From Promethearchaeota archaeon (GTDB taxonomy: Archaea > Asgardarchaeota > Lokiarchaeia > Sigyniarchaeales > SOKP01), in NCBI GenBank assembly GCA_048941265.1, contig JBHLNT010000007.1:3669-67668 (forward strand): DNA of 64,000 nt, in the 5' to 3' direction. The position numbers and the translations under genes were made by a program. Under the pieces are notes generated by a model. It made no database searches, was not told the origin of the DNA, and saw only the letters and a program-made list of their open reading frames with translations. This document shows, piece by piece, positions 10,384 to 19,282 of this stretch. The first letter of the stretch is position 1. Each line of letters starts with the position of its first letter.

Positions 10384-11223
10384 ATGAGTGAAGAAAAAGT
10401 CTTAAAAATCGGTATTTTGAAAAATGGAACGATTGGTTCATCATTATTACTGGCTTTTTTAATGGATGAACGAGCTGAAGCAACGAGAATTAATGTTAAC
10501 GAAGTTACATCCGGTGCGAAAATGCATCCCCCCGAAATGTGCACAGAAACTATGAAAACCTTATTGAAATGGGAACCTGAATTAATTATAATGTCTTCTC
10601 CTAATGCTGCTCTTAAAGGTCCTCAAGCTGCAAGAGATATGGCTGGAAATATTCCGACTATTATTATCTCTGACGCACCAGCAAAAAAAGCAGTAGAAGA
10701 GATTACTGAGAAAGGGATGGGATACATTTTAGTAAACTGCGATTCGATGATAGGGGCGCGAAGACCTTTTTTAGACACGATTGAAATGAGTATTTTTAAT
10801 GCAGATCTTCTAAAGGTTCTTGCGATAACAGGAGCACTGAGCGTTATATCTGAGGAATTAAATAAAGTGATAATGGATATGTTAGAGGGTAAAACTCCGT
10901 CTTTGCCCAAAATTATTGTAGATGCTACCATAGCAACCAAGGCAGCTGGTTTTTCTAATCCATATGCCGAAGCTAAAGCGATAGCTGCATTTGAGCTTGC
11001 CTCTTCAGTGTCAAGATTAACAGGAAAAGCATGTTTTCAACTTAAAGAAAGAGAAGAATATATGCCTTTACTAGCCGCAGCCCATGAAATGATGTCTTAT
11101 GCAGCTAAAATGTGTGATGAGGCTCGAGGAATTGAAAAGTCTAATGATACGGTATTAAGAAGACCCCATCATGCAAAACAACATTTATTAATAAAAAGAA
11201 GCCTAATGGAAAAAGAATCATAA
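10384..11223 (+). CDS. mtd: F420-dependent methylenetetrahydromethanopterin dehydrogenase
   Basis: Mtd-type blocks: 'KNGTIGSSLLL..LMDERA', 'GYILVNCDSMIGARRPFLD', 'EMSIFNADLLKVLA', 'AAAHEMM..AAKMCDEARGIEKSNDTVLRRPH'. Confidence 0.9.
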   Translation: MSEEKVLKIGILKNGTIGSSLLLAFLMDERAEATRINVNEVTSGAKMHPPEMCTETMKTLLKWEPELIIMSSPNAALKGPQAARDMAGNIPTIIISDAPAKKAVEEITEKGMGYILVNCDSMIGARRPFLDTIEMSIFNADLLKVLAITGALSVISEELNKVIMDMLEGKTPSLPKIIVDATIATKAAGFSNPYAEAKAIAAFELASSVSRLTGKACFQLKEREEYMPLLAAAHEMMSYAAKMCDEARGIEKSNDTVLRRPHHAKQHLLIKRSLMEKES

Positions 11224-11305
11224 AAATACCAGAATTTACCTGGTAAATTTTCTTAAATTCTATTTTTTATTTTTTTGAGTTTTTTGATATTCTAACTGAT
11301 TTTAA

Positions 11306-12265
11306 TTAATATTGCGATTTTGTGATAAATTCTTTGAGATTATTATAGCTTTCTCCATTCAGCGCATTCATTACCCCTGAAAAAACATCCATTTTTTTAT
11401 TTTTAGTTACTGCCATTATTACAGCACTCTCACTAACCTCCTTAACTAAAACAAAGCAAAGATTTGACTCGAATACTATAGTAGAAAGTGCTAACGGAGA
11501 GAAATTTTGCATATTTAATAATTCCATTATTTTTTGGTATATCATATATAAATTTGAATCTAAGGTTCCCATCTCGAACTTCATAAATTCTAACGGTTTT
11601 AAGCTTTCAAATTTACCAAAGGTTGATGAAATTAACAGTCCATCTGGTTGGTTAAACAAAAGATATTCTGATAACGTGCTCATTTTTAATTGATCAAGTA
11701 AATATCTGATTTTCCCTAATCTTTGCATAGAAAGAGTTGATTTTTGAATTTCATAATCTAAGATTTCAATTAGTCTATGTTGGGCACTGCCCTCCTTGAC
11801 AGATACAGGAGTAAATGCGATTTTATATCTAATGCTATCAGCTAAATTTGCAGATAGTAACTTAAAAACATCATCTTCTTTTGATTCTGGTAAATCAATT
11901 TTATTTAGTAATACATAAACTTTTTCCAAATGAGGACTAAACTCAAATATATACTCAAGAAATTTATCGAAGACTTCTCTTTCTCTTGGATCTACTACTG
12001 CAGAATCAACCATAAAAATTGCAGTTGTAACTTCCGAAAAGATTAATTCTCGTTGGGAATCCGAAAAATATCTCTCTAAATATCGTTCTTGACCACCTGC
12101 ATCCCATACATTCAATTCCATAATACCACGGAAAATAAAATTTTCTCTAGATATGCCTTTAGTTGGTTTTAGATTTGCAACTTTCATGAAATTATATCCT
12201 AAACAGGTAGTTCGCATTAAACTAGTTTTACCAGCATTTTGAGGGCCAAATAATAGAATTTTCAT
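11306..12265 (-). CDS. Rag/Gtr-family small GTPase with C-terminal roadblock-like domain
   Basis: G1 'GPQNAGKTS', G3 'WDAGGQERY', G4 'NKIDL'. The block 'LNVWDAGGQERYLERYFSDSQRELIF' parallels the RagA/Gtr1 signature as I recall it. A ~140-aa alpha/beta C-terminal region sits where Rag proteins carry a roadblock domain. Confidence 0.8.
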   Translation of the reverse strand: MKILLFGPQNAGKTSLMRTTCLGYNFMKVANLKPTKGISRENFIFRGIMELNVWDAGGQERYLERYFSDSQRELIFSEVTTAIFMVDSAVVDPREREVFDKFLEYIFEFSPHLEKVYVLLNKIDLPESKEDDVFKLLSANLADSIRYKIAFTPVSVKEGSAQHRLIEILDYEIQKSTLSMQRLGKIRYLLDQLKMSTLSEYLLFNQPDGLLISSTFGKFESLKPLEFMKFEMGTLDSNLYMIYQKIMELLNMQNFSPLALSTIVFESNLCFVLVKEVSESAVIMAVTKNKKMDVFSGVMNALNGESYNNLKEFITKSQY

Positions 12266-12584
12266 CGTAACTTAACACTAAATAGTTTTTATTCTAAAAA
12301 TGATTCTAATATATTTTTTATGACTTAATTTTTATTTAATTTTTTGTAATTATTTAAGATTATTTTATGGTTAATTCATTGTACTTCTCAACTTTAATTG
12401 CAAAACCTTTATTTGATTCAGCGATTTAAAATTCAGAAAAATTGTTATGGTAAAACAGAATAATACTTGATTTCAATAACTCTAATTTTTCATATATTTA
12501 AGATATTTATTAGATATTGGATTTTAAATATAATTTTTAATTTACTTAAATTAAAACCAACAACATTAAAATGTTGATTTCAAT

Positions 12585-13112
12585 ATGGATTTATTACAAC
12601 ATATAAGAAATGTACCAAATTGGCCTAAAGAAGGGATTCAATTTAAAGATATAACTACCTTATGTAAGGTACACGCTCCATTTAAAGAAGCATGTGATAG
12701 AATTATAAATCATTTTAAAAATCGGGGAATTAATAAAGTTGCAGCAATAGAAGCGAGAGGATATGTTTTTGGTGGAGTTATTGCATACGAATTAGGTGCG
12801 GGTTTTATTCTAATTAGAAAGCCAGGAAAACTACCATATAAAACAATAAGTGAAACTTATCAACTTGAATATGGTACTGACTCTATACATATGCATATTG
12901 ATGCTATTGAAAAAGGAGATAAAGTACTCGTATTTGATGATTTACTAGCAACAGGTGGTACTGCGAAAGCAGCATGCAGCTTAATAGAAAAATCAGGTGG
13001 GATTGTTGAAGGAGTTGCATTTATTATTGAACTCACTGGAAGTCTACATGGAAGAGATCAGTTAGAGGGCTATGAAATACTTTCTTTAGTAGAAATTCCA
13101 GTAGAAGAATAA
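12585..13112 (+). CDS. apt: adenine phosphoribosyltransferase
   Basis: 'WPKEGIQFKDIT', 'IEARGYVFG', 'IRKPGKLP', PRPP loop 'VLVFDDLLATGGTA'. Confidence 0.92.
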   Translation: MDLLQHIRNVPNWPKEGIQFKDITTLCKVHAPFKEACDRIINHFKNRGINKVAAIEARGYVFGGVIAYELGAGFILIRKPGKLPYKTISETYQLEYGTDSIHMHIDAIEKGDKVLVFDDLLATGGTAKAACSLIEKSGGIVEGVAFIIELTGSLHGRDQLEGYEILSLVEIPVEE

Positions 13113-13157
13113 AAATTTTAAAAAAACTAAAAATTATAGGTAAAAATTAATCAAATC

Positions 13158-13167
13158 TTTTTTTTTT
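13158..13167 (+). terminator. oligo-T tract (T10) downstream of apt
   Basis: T10 run 46 nt after the apt stop. Archaeal intrinsic termination commonly uses oligo-T. Confidence 0.4.
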
Positions 13168-13184
13168 CACTTTAAATCTATAGA

Positions 13185-14048
13185 TTATAAAATTGCCCCT
13201 TTCAATGAATGATGACAGGCACAGTCTCTCTCAGTATCAATCTGTGGAATGCTCATTTCAAGTAGCTTCTTAAGGTTTATTGTATTAATTTCCATTGTTT
13301 TTAATACCTCTTCAATAGTGACTACTAGCTTTTGAATAGGACCTCCACATTGTGGACAATTAGCTCCATACTCCACAATTCCACAATTAGAGCAATCAGC
13401 AGCCCATACATCAAGATCTGTGACCATTGCTATACAGCAATAACAGATTTCTTTTTCTGCTGCAAGAACGACTTCCGGAAATGTTGTCATCCCAATGATA
13501 TCACCACCCCATAACCTAAACATTTTTGATTCAGCCCTTGTAGAGAATCTTGGCCCTTCTATACAAACATAAGTACCTCCATTTTGAATCTCTAATTTAT
13601 TTACTTTTTTCCCATTTTCATATAAAAGATTTCTTAGATATTCACAATATGGATCTGCTTGGTTTATATGACATACTTGTCCTCTCTCGTAAAAAGTTTC
13701 TGATCTTTTTTTAGTTCTATCAATATATTGATCAACTAAAATGAATTTCCTTTTATCATGTTCTTTTTTTAGCGAGCCCACTGCTGATGGTGATATGATG
13801 TATTTTACTCCTAATTCTTTCATTGCCCAAATATTTGCTCTAAAATTTAAATTATGGGGTGGAATCGTGTGACCAGTTCCATGCCTAGAAAGAAAAGCAA
13901 CTTTTTTACCATTAAATTCACCTACTTTTAAAAAATCAGATGTAGCTCCATAGGGAGTATAAATTTTTAGAGTTTCAGCATTTTTTAATTCTATGTCTGA
14001 TCCAGTTCCACCAATTATACCAATTTCAGCATTTCCCTTGAATTTCAT
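13185..14048 (-). CDS. 5'-methylthioadenosine / purine nucleoside phosphorylase family protein, long form with inserted CxxC..CxxC knuckle
   Basis: 'IGIIGGTG', 'FLSRHGTGHTIPPHNLNFRANIWAMKELG', 'CIEGPRFSTRAESKMFRLWGGDIIGMT'. Insertion 'DCSNCGIVEYGANCPQCGG' (nt ~13347-13394) is absent from the paralog. C-terminal 'CACHH'. Confidence 0.85.
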   Translation of the reverse strand: MKFKGNAEIGIIGGTGSDIELKNAETLKIYTPYGATSDFLKVGEFNGKKVAFLSRHGTGHTIPPHNLNFRANIWAMKELGVKYIISPSAVGSLKKEHDKRKFILVDQYIDRTKKRSETFYERGQVCHINQADPYCEYLRNLLYENGKKVNKLEIQNGGTYVCIEGPRFSTRAESKMFRLWGGDIIGMTTFPEVVLAAEKEICYCCIAMVTDLDVWAADCSNCGIVEYGANCPQCGGPIQKLVVTIEEVLKTMEINTINLKKLLEMSIPQIDTERDCACHHSLKGAIL

Positions 14049-14173
14049 AATTAATTCACTAAAAATTTTTCTTTATTAAGAACATTAAAAAAATTAACTC
14101 TAAGACAAACTATGTATTCATTTATAAAAAAAATAATTTATAAAATTTTTAATATTATAATTCAAGATTCTAA

Positions 14174-14935
14174 ATGGTGAATATTATGGTTAAAATCGGT
14201 ATAATTGGTGGTTCAGGATTGGATAATCCAGATATTTTAAAAGATGCCAAAGATTTAGAAGTTGATACTTCATATGGAAAGCCAACTTCTCCTCTAAAAA
14301 TCGGAAAAATTCATAATATAGATGTAGTTCTTATAGCAAGACATGGAAGAGAACATACAATCCCTCCAACAAATATTAATTATCGGGCTAACATACAAGC
14401 ATTAAAAGATCAAGGTTGTACTCATATCTTAGCAACAACAGCTTGTGGTAGTTTAAGAGAAGAAATTGGGAGAGGTGATTTTGTTATACTTGACCAATTT
14501 ATTGATTTCACTAGACTTAGAAAAGTAAGTTTTTTTGAAGAGTTTCCTCCTGGAGATGCTAAACACACTGCTATGGCCTATCCTTATTCTGAAGAATTGA
14601 GAAAAATCTTTATTGAAACGGCAAAGGAACTAAACCTCAAATACCATGAAAAAGGGACCGTGGTCACTATTGAGGGACCAAGATTCTCTACAAAAGCAGA
14701 ATCGGAAATGTTCAGGATATGGGGGGCTGATGTGATAAATATGAGCATCGCAACCGAAACAATTTTGGCAAATGAAGCTGGTATTCCATACTCAGCTGTA
14801 GCTATGTCCACAGATTATGACTGCTGGAAAGAAGATGAAGCCCCTGTTACTTGGGATGAAATACTAGAAATTTTTGGTAAAAATGTTAGTAATGTTATTG
14901 CTTTATTAACTAATGTAATAAAAAAAATACAATAA
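14174..14935 (+). CDS. mtnP: S-methyl-5'-thioadenosine phosphorylase
   Basis: 'IGIIGGSG', 'IARHGREHTIPPTNINYRANIQALK', 'TIEGPRFSTKAESEMFRIWGADVINMS', 'STDYDCW'. The start may instead be the ATG at 14186. Confidence 0.88.
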   Translation: MVNIMVKIGIIGGSGLDNPDILKDAKDLEVDTSYGKPTSPLKIGKIHNIDVVLIARHGREHTIPPTNINYRANIQALKDQGCTHILATTACGSLREEIGRGDFVILDQFIDFTRLRKVSFFEEFPPGDAKHTAMAYPYSEELRKIFIETAKELNLKYHEKGTVVTIEGPRFSTKAESEMFRIWGADVINMSIATETILANEAGIPYSAVAMSTDYDCWKEDEAPVTWDEILEIFGKNVSNVIALLTNVIKKIQ

Positions 14936-14954
14936 TTGTTTGACTCTCCATTAA

Positions 14955-14970
14955 TTTTTCTTTTTTTTTT
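14955..14970 (+). terminator. oligo-T tract (T5-C-T10) downstream of mtnP
   Basis: 'tttttctttttttttt' lies 20 nt after the stop codon. Confidence 0.4.
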
Positions 14971-15130
14971 AAAACTTCAAGAGACACTTGTTTAAAAATT
15001 ATAATAAACTTTTTCTTTTAAAAAATCAACTAAAATTTGGTATATTTTATCAAAAAAATTGAAAAAATTGAAATTTTTTCCAAATTTATCTAGTATAAAT
15101 AGTTCTTTATTTTCATAGAGTCAATAATAA

Positions 15131-16441
15131 ATGGTAAAAATTACATTTTTAGGTGGATGCAGAGAAGTTGGACGCTCTGCCATCCTAATAGAATCTAATT
15201 CAGGGGAAAAATGCATTTTAGATTATGGAGTGAGATTTAAAGGTAAAACTAGACTTCCACATGATTTTAATAAGGATAATTTAAAAGCAATAGCTCTCAC
15301 TCATAGTCATATTGATCATTCAGGAGCAATACCTTATCTTTATAAAAATTTATCTGTACCACTTTTTACAAATCCAGTGACACTAGCAATAACTAAAGTT
15401 CTTGTTAAAGATATGATTAAGATATCAGATTTTTATTATCCATTTGGATATCAAGAATTAGATAAACTAATAAATAAATCTTATTTCCTTGAAAATGGTC
15501 AACGTAAACGAATTAGTGATAGTTTATTCCTTACATTTTTTAACGCGGGCCATATTCCCGGAAGTGTTTCAATTTTAGTTGAGGTCGATAATAAGAAGAT
15601 ATTTTATACTGGAGATATAAATACAAAATCAACGAACCTAGTTAAGGCCACAAATTTTACAAATTTAAATGAAATTCCCGAAATTGATGTATTAATAGTT
15701 GAATCAACATATGCGTTAAGAGATCATCCTCCTAGAGAAAAATTAGAAAAAGAATTTACGGAAAGAATAATTGATATTACTGAAAATAATGGTAAAGTTT
15801 TAGTCCCTGCATTTGGAGTCGCGCGCTCACAAGAAGCTTTGTTAATTTTACATAAGTATAATTACTATGGAAAAATCTTTGTTGACGGATTAGCAAGAAA
15901 AATTTCAAATGTTTTTATGGATTATCCCGAATCTTTGAAAAATATCAATTTCTATAAAACGGCTATAAAAAGAGCTAAGTTTATATCAGGGAAAAAGGGT
16001 AGAAATCAGGTGAAAAACTCTAATGGTGTAATAATTGCCCCTTCAGGAATGTTAAAAGGGGGTGCGGCCATTGATTTTGTAAAATCATTTTTAAACGATC
16101 CCGCATCTGCGATTTATTTAGTGGGATATCAAGTCGAGGGAAGTCCTGGAAGAGTTCTTTTGGACAGTGGTTTTCTTGAATTTAACAGTTATAAGAATAA
16201 AGATCAGACATTTAATTTTAAAATTAAAGCTAAATGTGATTATGATTACTTTGATTTCTCAAGCCATGCTGATGGTAAGCAATTGAAAGAATACGTGAAA
16301 AATTTTAAATTTAAAAATGGTTCTAATAATGTTTTTTGTGTACATGGAGATCCAAGGGCAACCACAACGTTATCTAGTGAATTAGCAAAGAACTCTTACA
16401 ATTCTATTGCTCCAGAGACAGGTGAAGTCTATTACATTTAA
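15131..16441 (+). CDS. beta-CASP family metallo-beta-lactamase-fold ribonuclease (aCPSF2-like)
   Basis: MBL motif 'THSHIDHSGAIPYL', 'AGHIPGS', and beta-CASP-type C-terminal motifs ('ESTY', 'FSSHADGKQL', 'VHGD'). No N-terminal KH domains. Confidence 0.8.
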   Translation: MVKITFLGGCREVGRSAILIESNSGEKCILDYGVRFKGKTRLPHDFNKDNLKAIALTHSHIDHSGAIPYLYKNLSVPLFTNPVTLAITKVLVKDMIKISDFYYPFGYQELDKLINKSYFLENGQRKRISDSLFLTFFNAGHIPGSVSILVEVDNKKIFYTGDINTKSTNLVKATNFTNLNEIPEIDVLIVESTYALRDHPPREKLEKEFTERIIDITENNGKVLVPAFGVARSQEALLILHKYNYYGKIFVDGLARKISNVFMDYPESLKNINFYKTAIKRAKFISGKKGRNQVKNSNGVIIAPSGMLKGGAAIDFVKSFLNDPASAIYLVGYQVEGSPGRVLLDSGFLEFNSYKNKDQTFNFKIKAKCDYDYFDFSSHADGKQLKEYVKNFKFKNGSNNVFCVHGDPRATTTLSSELAKNSYNSIAPETGEVYYI

Positions 16442-16472
16442 TTTAAAATGAGAACTCTAATTATCAATTTCA

Positions 16473-17978
16473 CTATTTAATTTGTTTTTTAATAACTTTA
16501 TCCAAATTATCTAAATAGACATCTATTTTATCTATTGGTACTTTAGTTCCCGCAGCAGGAGGGTGGCCTCCTCCTAACGCATCTAAATTTGACATTTCAA
16601 GCGCTTCTCTAATCGCATCTGAAAGATTCACACCTTTCTTTACTAGTTTCTCATGAGCTCTCCCTGAAATTTTATAAACATCTTCATTTTCCCTTAATGC
16701 GCACCCAAACAAAGGTTTATTTTTATCAATAATATTACTTTCTCCAAGTATTAACATTGATGACACAGTTCCAACAATATTTTCTGTTATTACATTTTCT
16801 CCAAAAAAATATTGGATATTTTTTTTTTGTTGGATTTTTTCTTCTTTATTTATCCATGAAAGAGCTTCAAGTAAAGATTTCTTATAATTCATTAAACTTT
16901 CTTTTGCTTGCTGGAATGAATTTTTTCTATCACCCATCGCTATTGCCACACCTAACGAACCATTGTCAGTTCTTCCACAAGCATTTAATAAATTTGAAAA
17001 TTCTTCAGCATCATGAAGTTCTGCATCATTTTCACTCGTCAGTAGATACCTATTAACGATTAATTTTTGGATTATTTTATTTGGTTCTATGTTTAATTTA
17101 AGAGTAGCATATTCGATAATTGCACTAGTAAGTTTTTGTTTCTCATCTTTATCTATATCAATTAAGGTTCTTACTTTTCCCTCTGAATCCTCCATTAAAA
17201 TTCCTAATGTTTTTAGAAATTTTAAAGTTTTATTAGCATTATTAGTTAATCCGGGTAATTTTATATCAGAAGAAAATGCAATTGCTTCATTCAATGGTTT
17301 TATTGGAGAAAAATTCAAATCATCAATAATCTCAATTAATCCTGAAGTTTTAGCATCCTCTAAAATTAGAGAATTTATCCCTATAAAAGATTTATTAGGA
17401 CCTTGATTTTGAATGTCACCGATTGCTCCCACAATCGCAACTGATGATAAATCAATATTATTTTCATTTATACTTTTTGCGAAGTAGTAACTTAACCCTG
17501 CTCCCGAAATTTCAGTACTTCCATCAATTCCATAAAAATATGGATTTATATGCCAAGGACGAGTTTCCATATGAATCTCTTCAATTGCTTTAAACTCGTT
17601 CTTATTTGATATTTTTTGAGGTAAATGATGGTCTAAAATCATAAAATGACCGTTATAACCTCGTAGAAGTAACTCTTTCTGTAATTCTAAATATTGACCG
17701 CTCCCAAAATCAGAAAATATTAGAAAGTTGTTATATTCACTTTCAGCTATTTTTAATATCTCTTCTTTTTCAAGTTGTCGAAGAATAGTAATTTGAAAAG
17801 GGATATTTTCTCTGAAAAGCGCTTTACCGAGAATTGCCCCAGCAGCTAGACCATCAGAATCTAAATGTGTATAAATATGAATCGCAGAATTATTTTTTTT
17901 AAAATGCTTTAAAAAATATTCTTTAACATTATGAATATCTTGGATAAATACTTCAAAATTGTCAATTATGTTATTCAT
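16473..17978 (-). CDS. DHH/DHHA1 phosphoesterase, archaeal RecJ/Cdc45-like (GAN-type)
   Basis: DHH motifs 'HLDSDGLAAGAI', 'FSDFGSG', 'MILDHHLP', 'GDIQ', and the DHHA1-type 'GGGHPPAAG' near the C-terminus. Confidence 0.75.
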   Translation of the reverse strand: MNNIIDNFEVFIQDIHNVKEYFLKHFKKNNSAIHIYTHLDSDGLAAGAILGKALFRENIPFQITILRQLEKEEILKIAESEYNNFLIFSDFGSGQYLELQKELLLRGYNGHFMILDHHLPQKISNKNEFKAIEEIHMETRPWHINPYFYGIDGSTEISGAGLSYYFAKSINENNIDLSSVAIVGAIGDIQNQGPNKSFIGINSLILEDAKTSGLIEIIDDLNFSPIKPLNEAIAFSSDIKLPGLTNNANKTLKFLKTLGILMEDSEGKVRTLIDIDKDEKQKLTSAIIEYATLKLNIEPNKIIQKLIVNRYLLTSENDAELHDAEEFSNLLNACGRTDNGSLGVAIAMGDRKNSFQQAKESLMNYKKSLLEALSWINKEEKIQQKKNIQYFFGENVITENIVGTVSSMLILGESNIIDKNKPLFGCALRENEDVYKISGRAHEKLVKKGVNLSDAIREALEMSNLDALGGGHPPAAGTKVPIDKIDVYLDNLDKVIKKQIK

Positions 17979-18201
17979 TTCTTTAAATTTGCAAATTATT
18001 ATAATAATGAATGAGATTTATTCTTAAATATGAAAATAATTATAAATACTCAATCAAAAGTTATGATATAATAAAAATATAAGAATGCATAAAATAATAA
18101 AATTAAATTTTCCTATCTCAAACATTTTTAAATCAATTATCGGTAAAAAGGAAAATATTAATAATAATTGCAACTAAAACATTATAAAAAGTAATATTGA
18201 G

Positions 18202-19203
18202 GTGAAAAAAATTACAACTATAAAAATTAATGAACTTGCTCTAGACATTGTAAAAAGAATAATTAGCAATAAAGAGCTATACGGAGCTAAAGTGAATACC
18301 TTAAATAATGGATCTACCGTTGTAGATATGACAAATGCAGGATGGATTGGCGGAAAATTTGTCGGTGAAATTTGTATGGGGGGGTTAGGTACTGTAGATT
18401 TTGCAAGTTATCATATTGACAATCATTATTTACCCTCTGTTACAGTACATACTTCTCATCCTATAATTTCTTGTTTGGCTTCTCAATTGGCGGGTTGGAG
18501 TGTTAAATTAAAAAAAGAAGTTGAAAAAGATGGAAATATAAAAAAAAAGGTAGTTTTTCAATCTTTAGGTTCTGGACCAGCGAGAGCTAAAAGTAAAAGT
18601 GAAAAGTTATTTGAAGAAATCAATTATACAGATGATTCAGACTGTGCTGTTATTGTATTCGAAACACGCACTATGCCAAATGAAGAAGTAATGGCAATTG
18701 TAGCCGATAAATGCAAAATCGCAGTGGAAAAAACTTATGCAATATGTGCACCCACCGCATGTTTAGTAGGTTCAATTCAAGTTGCCGCGCGTATTGTAGA
18801 AACAGGAATCCATAAATTACATGAAATTCATTTTCCACTTGAAGTTCTTCAAGAAGGTTTTGGAACTGTACCAGTGGCTCCTGTGGCTAAAGATGATTTT
18901 GCTGCAATGGGACCTCCTAATGATGCTATGTTTGCTGCAGGTAACACTTTTTATACTATTAGAGCTGAAAAGGAGAAAGAGGCAGAATTATTTGAGCTAT
19001 TAAAAAAGGCCCCGGCAAGTACTTCTTCTAGCTATGGACAACCCTTTAACGTAATTTTCAAAGAAGCCGAATATGATTTTTATAAAATCGATCCTGGTTT
19101 ATTTGCTCCTGCAATTTATACTGTAAATAATATAAAAACTGGAAAGACAATTACGGTTGGACAAATTAATCAAAATTTATTAAAAGAGTCCTTTAATTTG
19201 TAA
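18202..19203 (+). CDS. mch: methenyltetrahydromethanopterin cyclohydrolase
   Basis: GTG start. Mch-like throughout: 'NELALDIV', 'GGKFVGEICMGGLG', 'SCLASQLAGW', 'GSGPARA', 'CAPTACLVGSIQVAARIVETGIHKL'. Confidence 0.9.
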   Translation: MKKITTIKINELALDIVKRIISNKELYGAKVNTLNNGSTVVDMTNAGWIGGKFVGEICMGGLGTVDFASYHIDNHYLPSVTVHTSHPIISCLASQLAGWSVKLKKEVEKDGNIKKKVVFQSLGSGPARAKSKSEKLFEEINYTDDSDCAVIVFETRTMPNEEVMAIVADKCKIAVEKTYAICAPTACLVGSIQVAARIVETGIHKLHEIHFPLEVLQEGFGTVPVAPVAKDDFAAMGPPNDAMFAAGNTFYTIRAEKEKEAELFELLKKAPASTSSSYGQPFNVIFKEAEYDFYKIDPGLFAPAIYTVNNIKTGKTITVGQINQNLLKESFNL

Positions 19204-19282
19204 TTCAAGATAATTATATTAACAAATTTATTTTTTAAAGAATTTTTTTTATACAAATAATCTTTTACTTATTGATTAATTT

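Noticed and set aside
12561-12576. Small hairpin 'caacat-taaa-atgttg' 9 nt upstream of the apt start codon. It was considered as a regulatory element or riboswitch.
   Set aside because: The 6-bp AT-rich stem is too small and unstable to support a structured regulator, and there is no flanking conserved architecture.
16757-17406. Two plus-strand ORFs (99 and 105 aa) inside the RecJ/GAN gene.
   Set aside because: They are antisense to a gene with complete DHH/DHHA1 motifs. Their sequences look like codon-complement artefacts.
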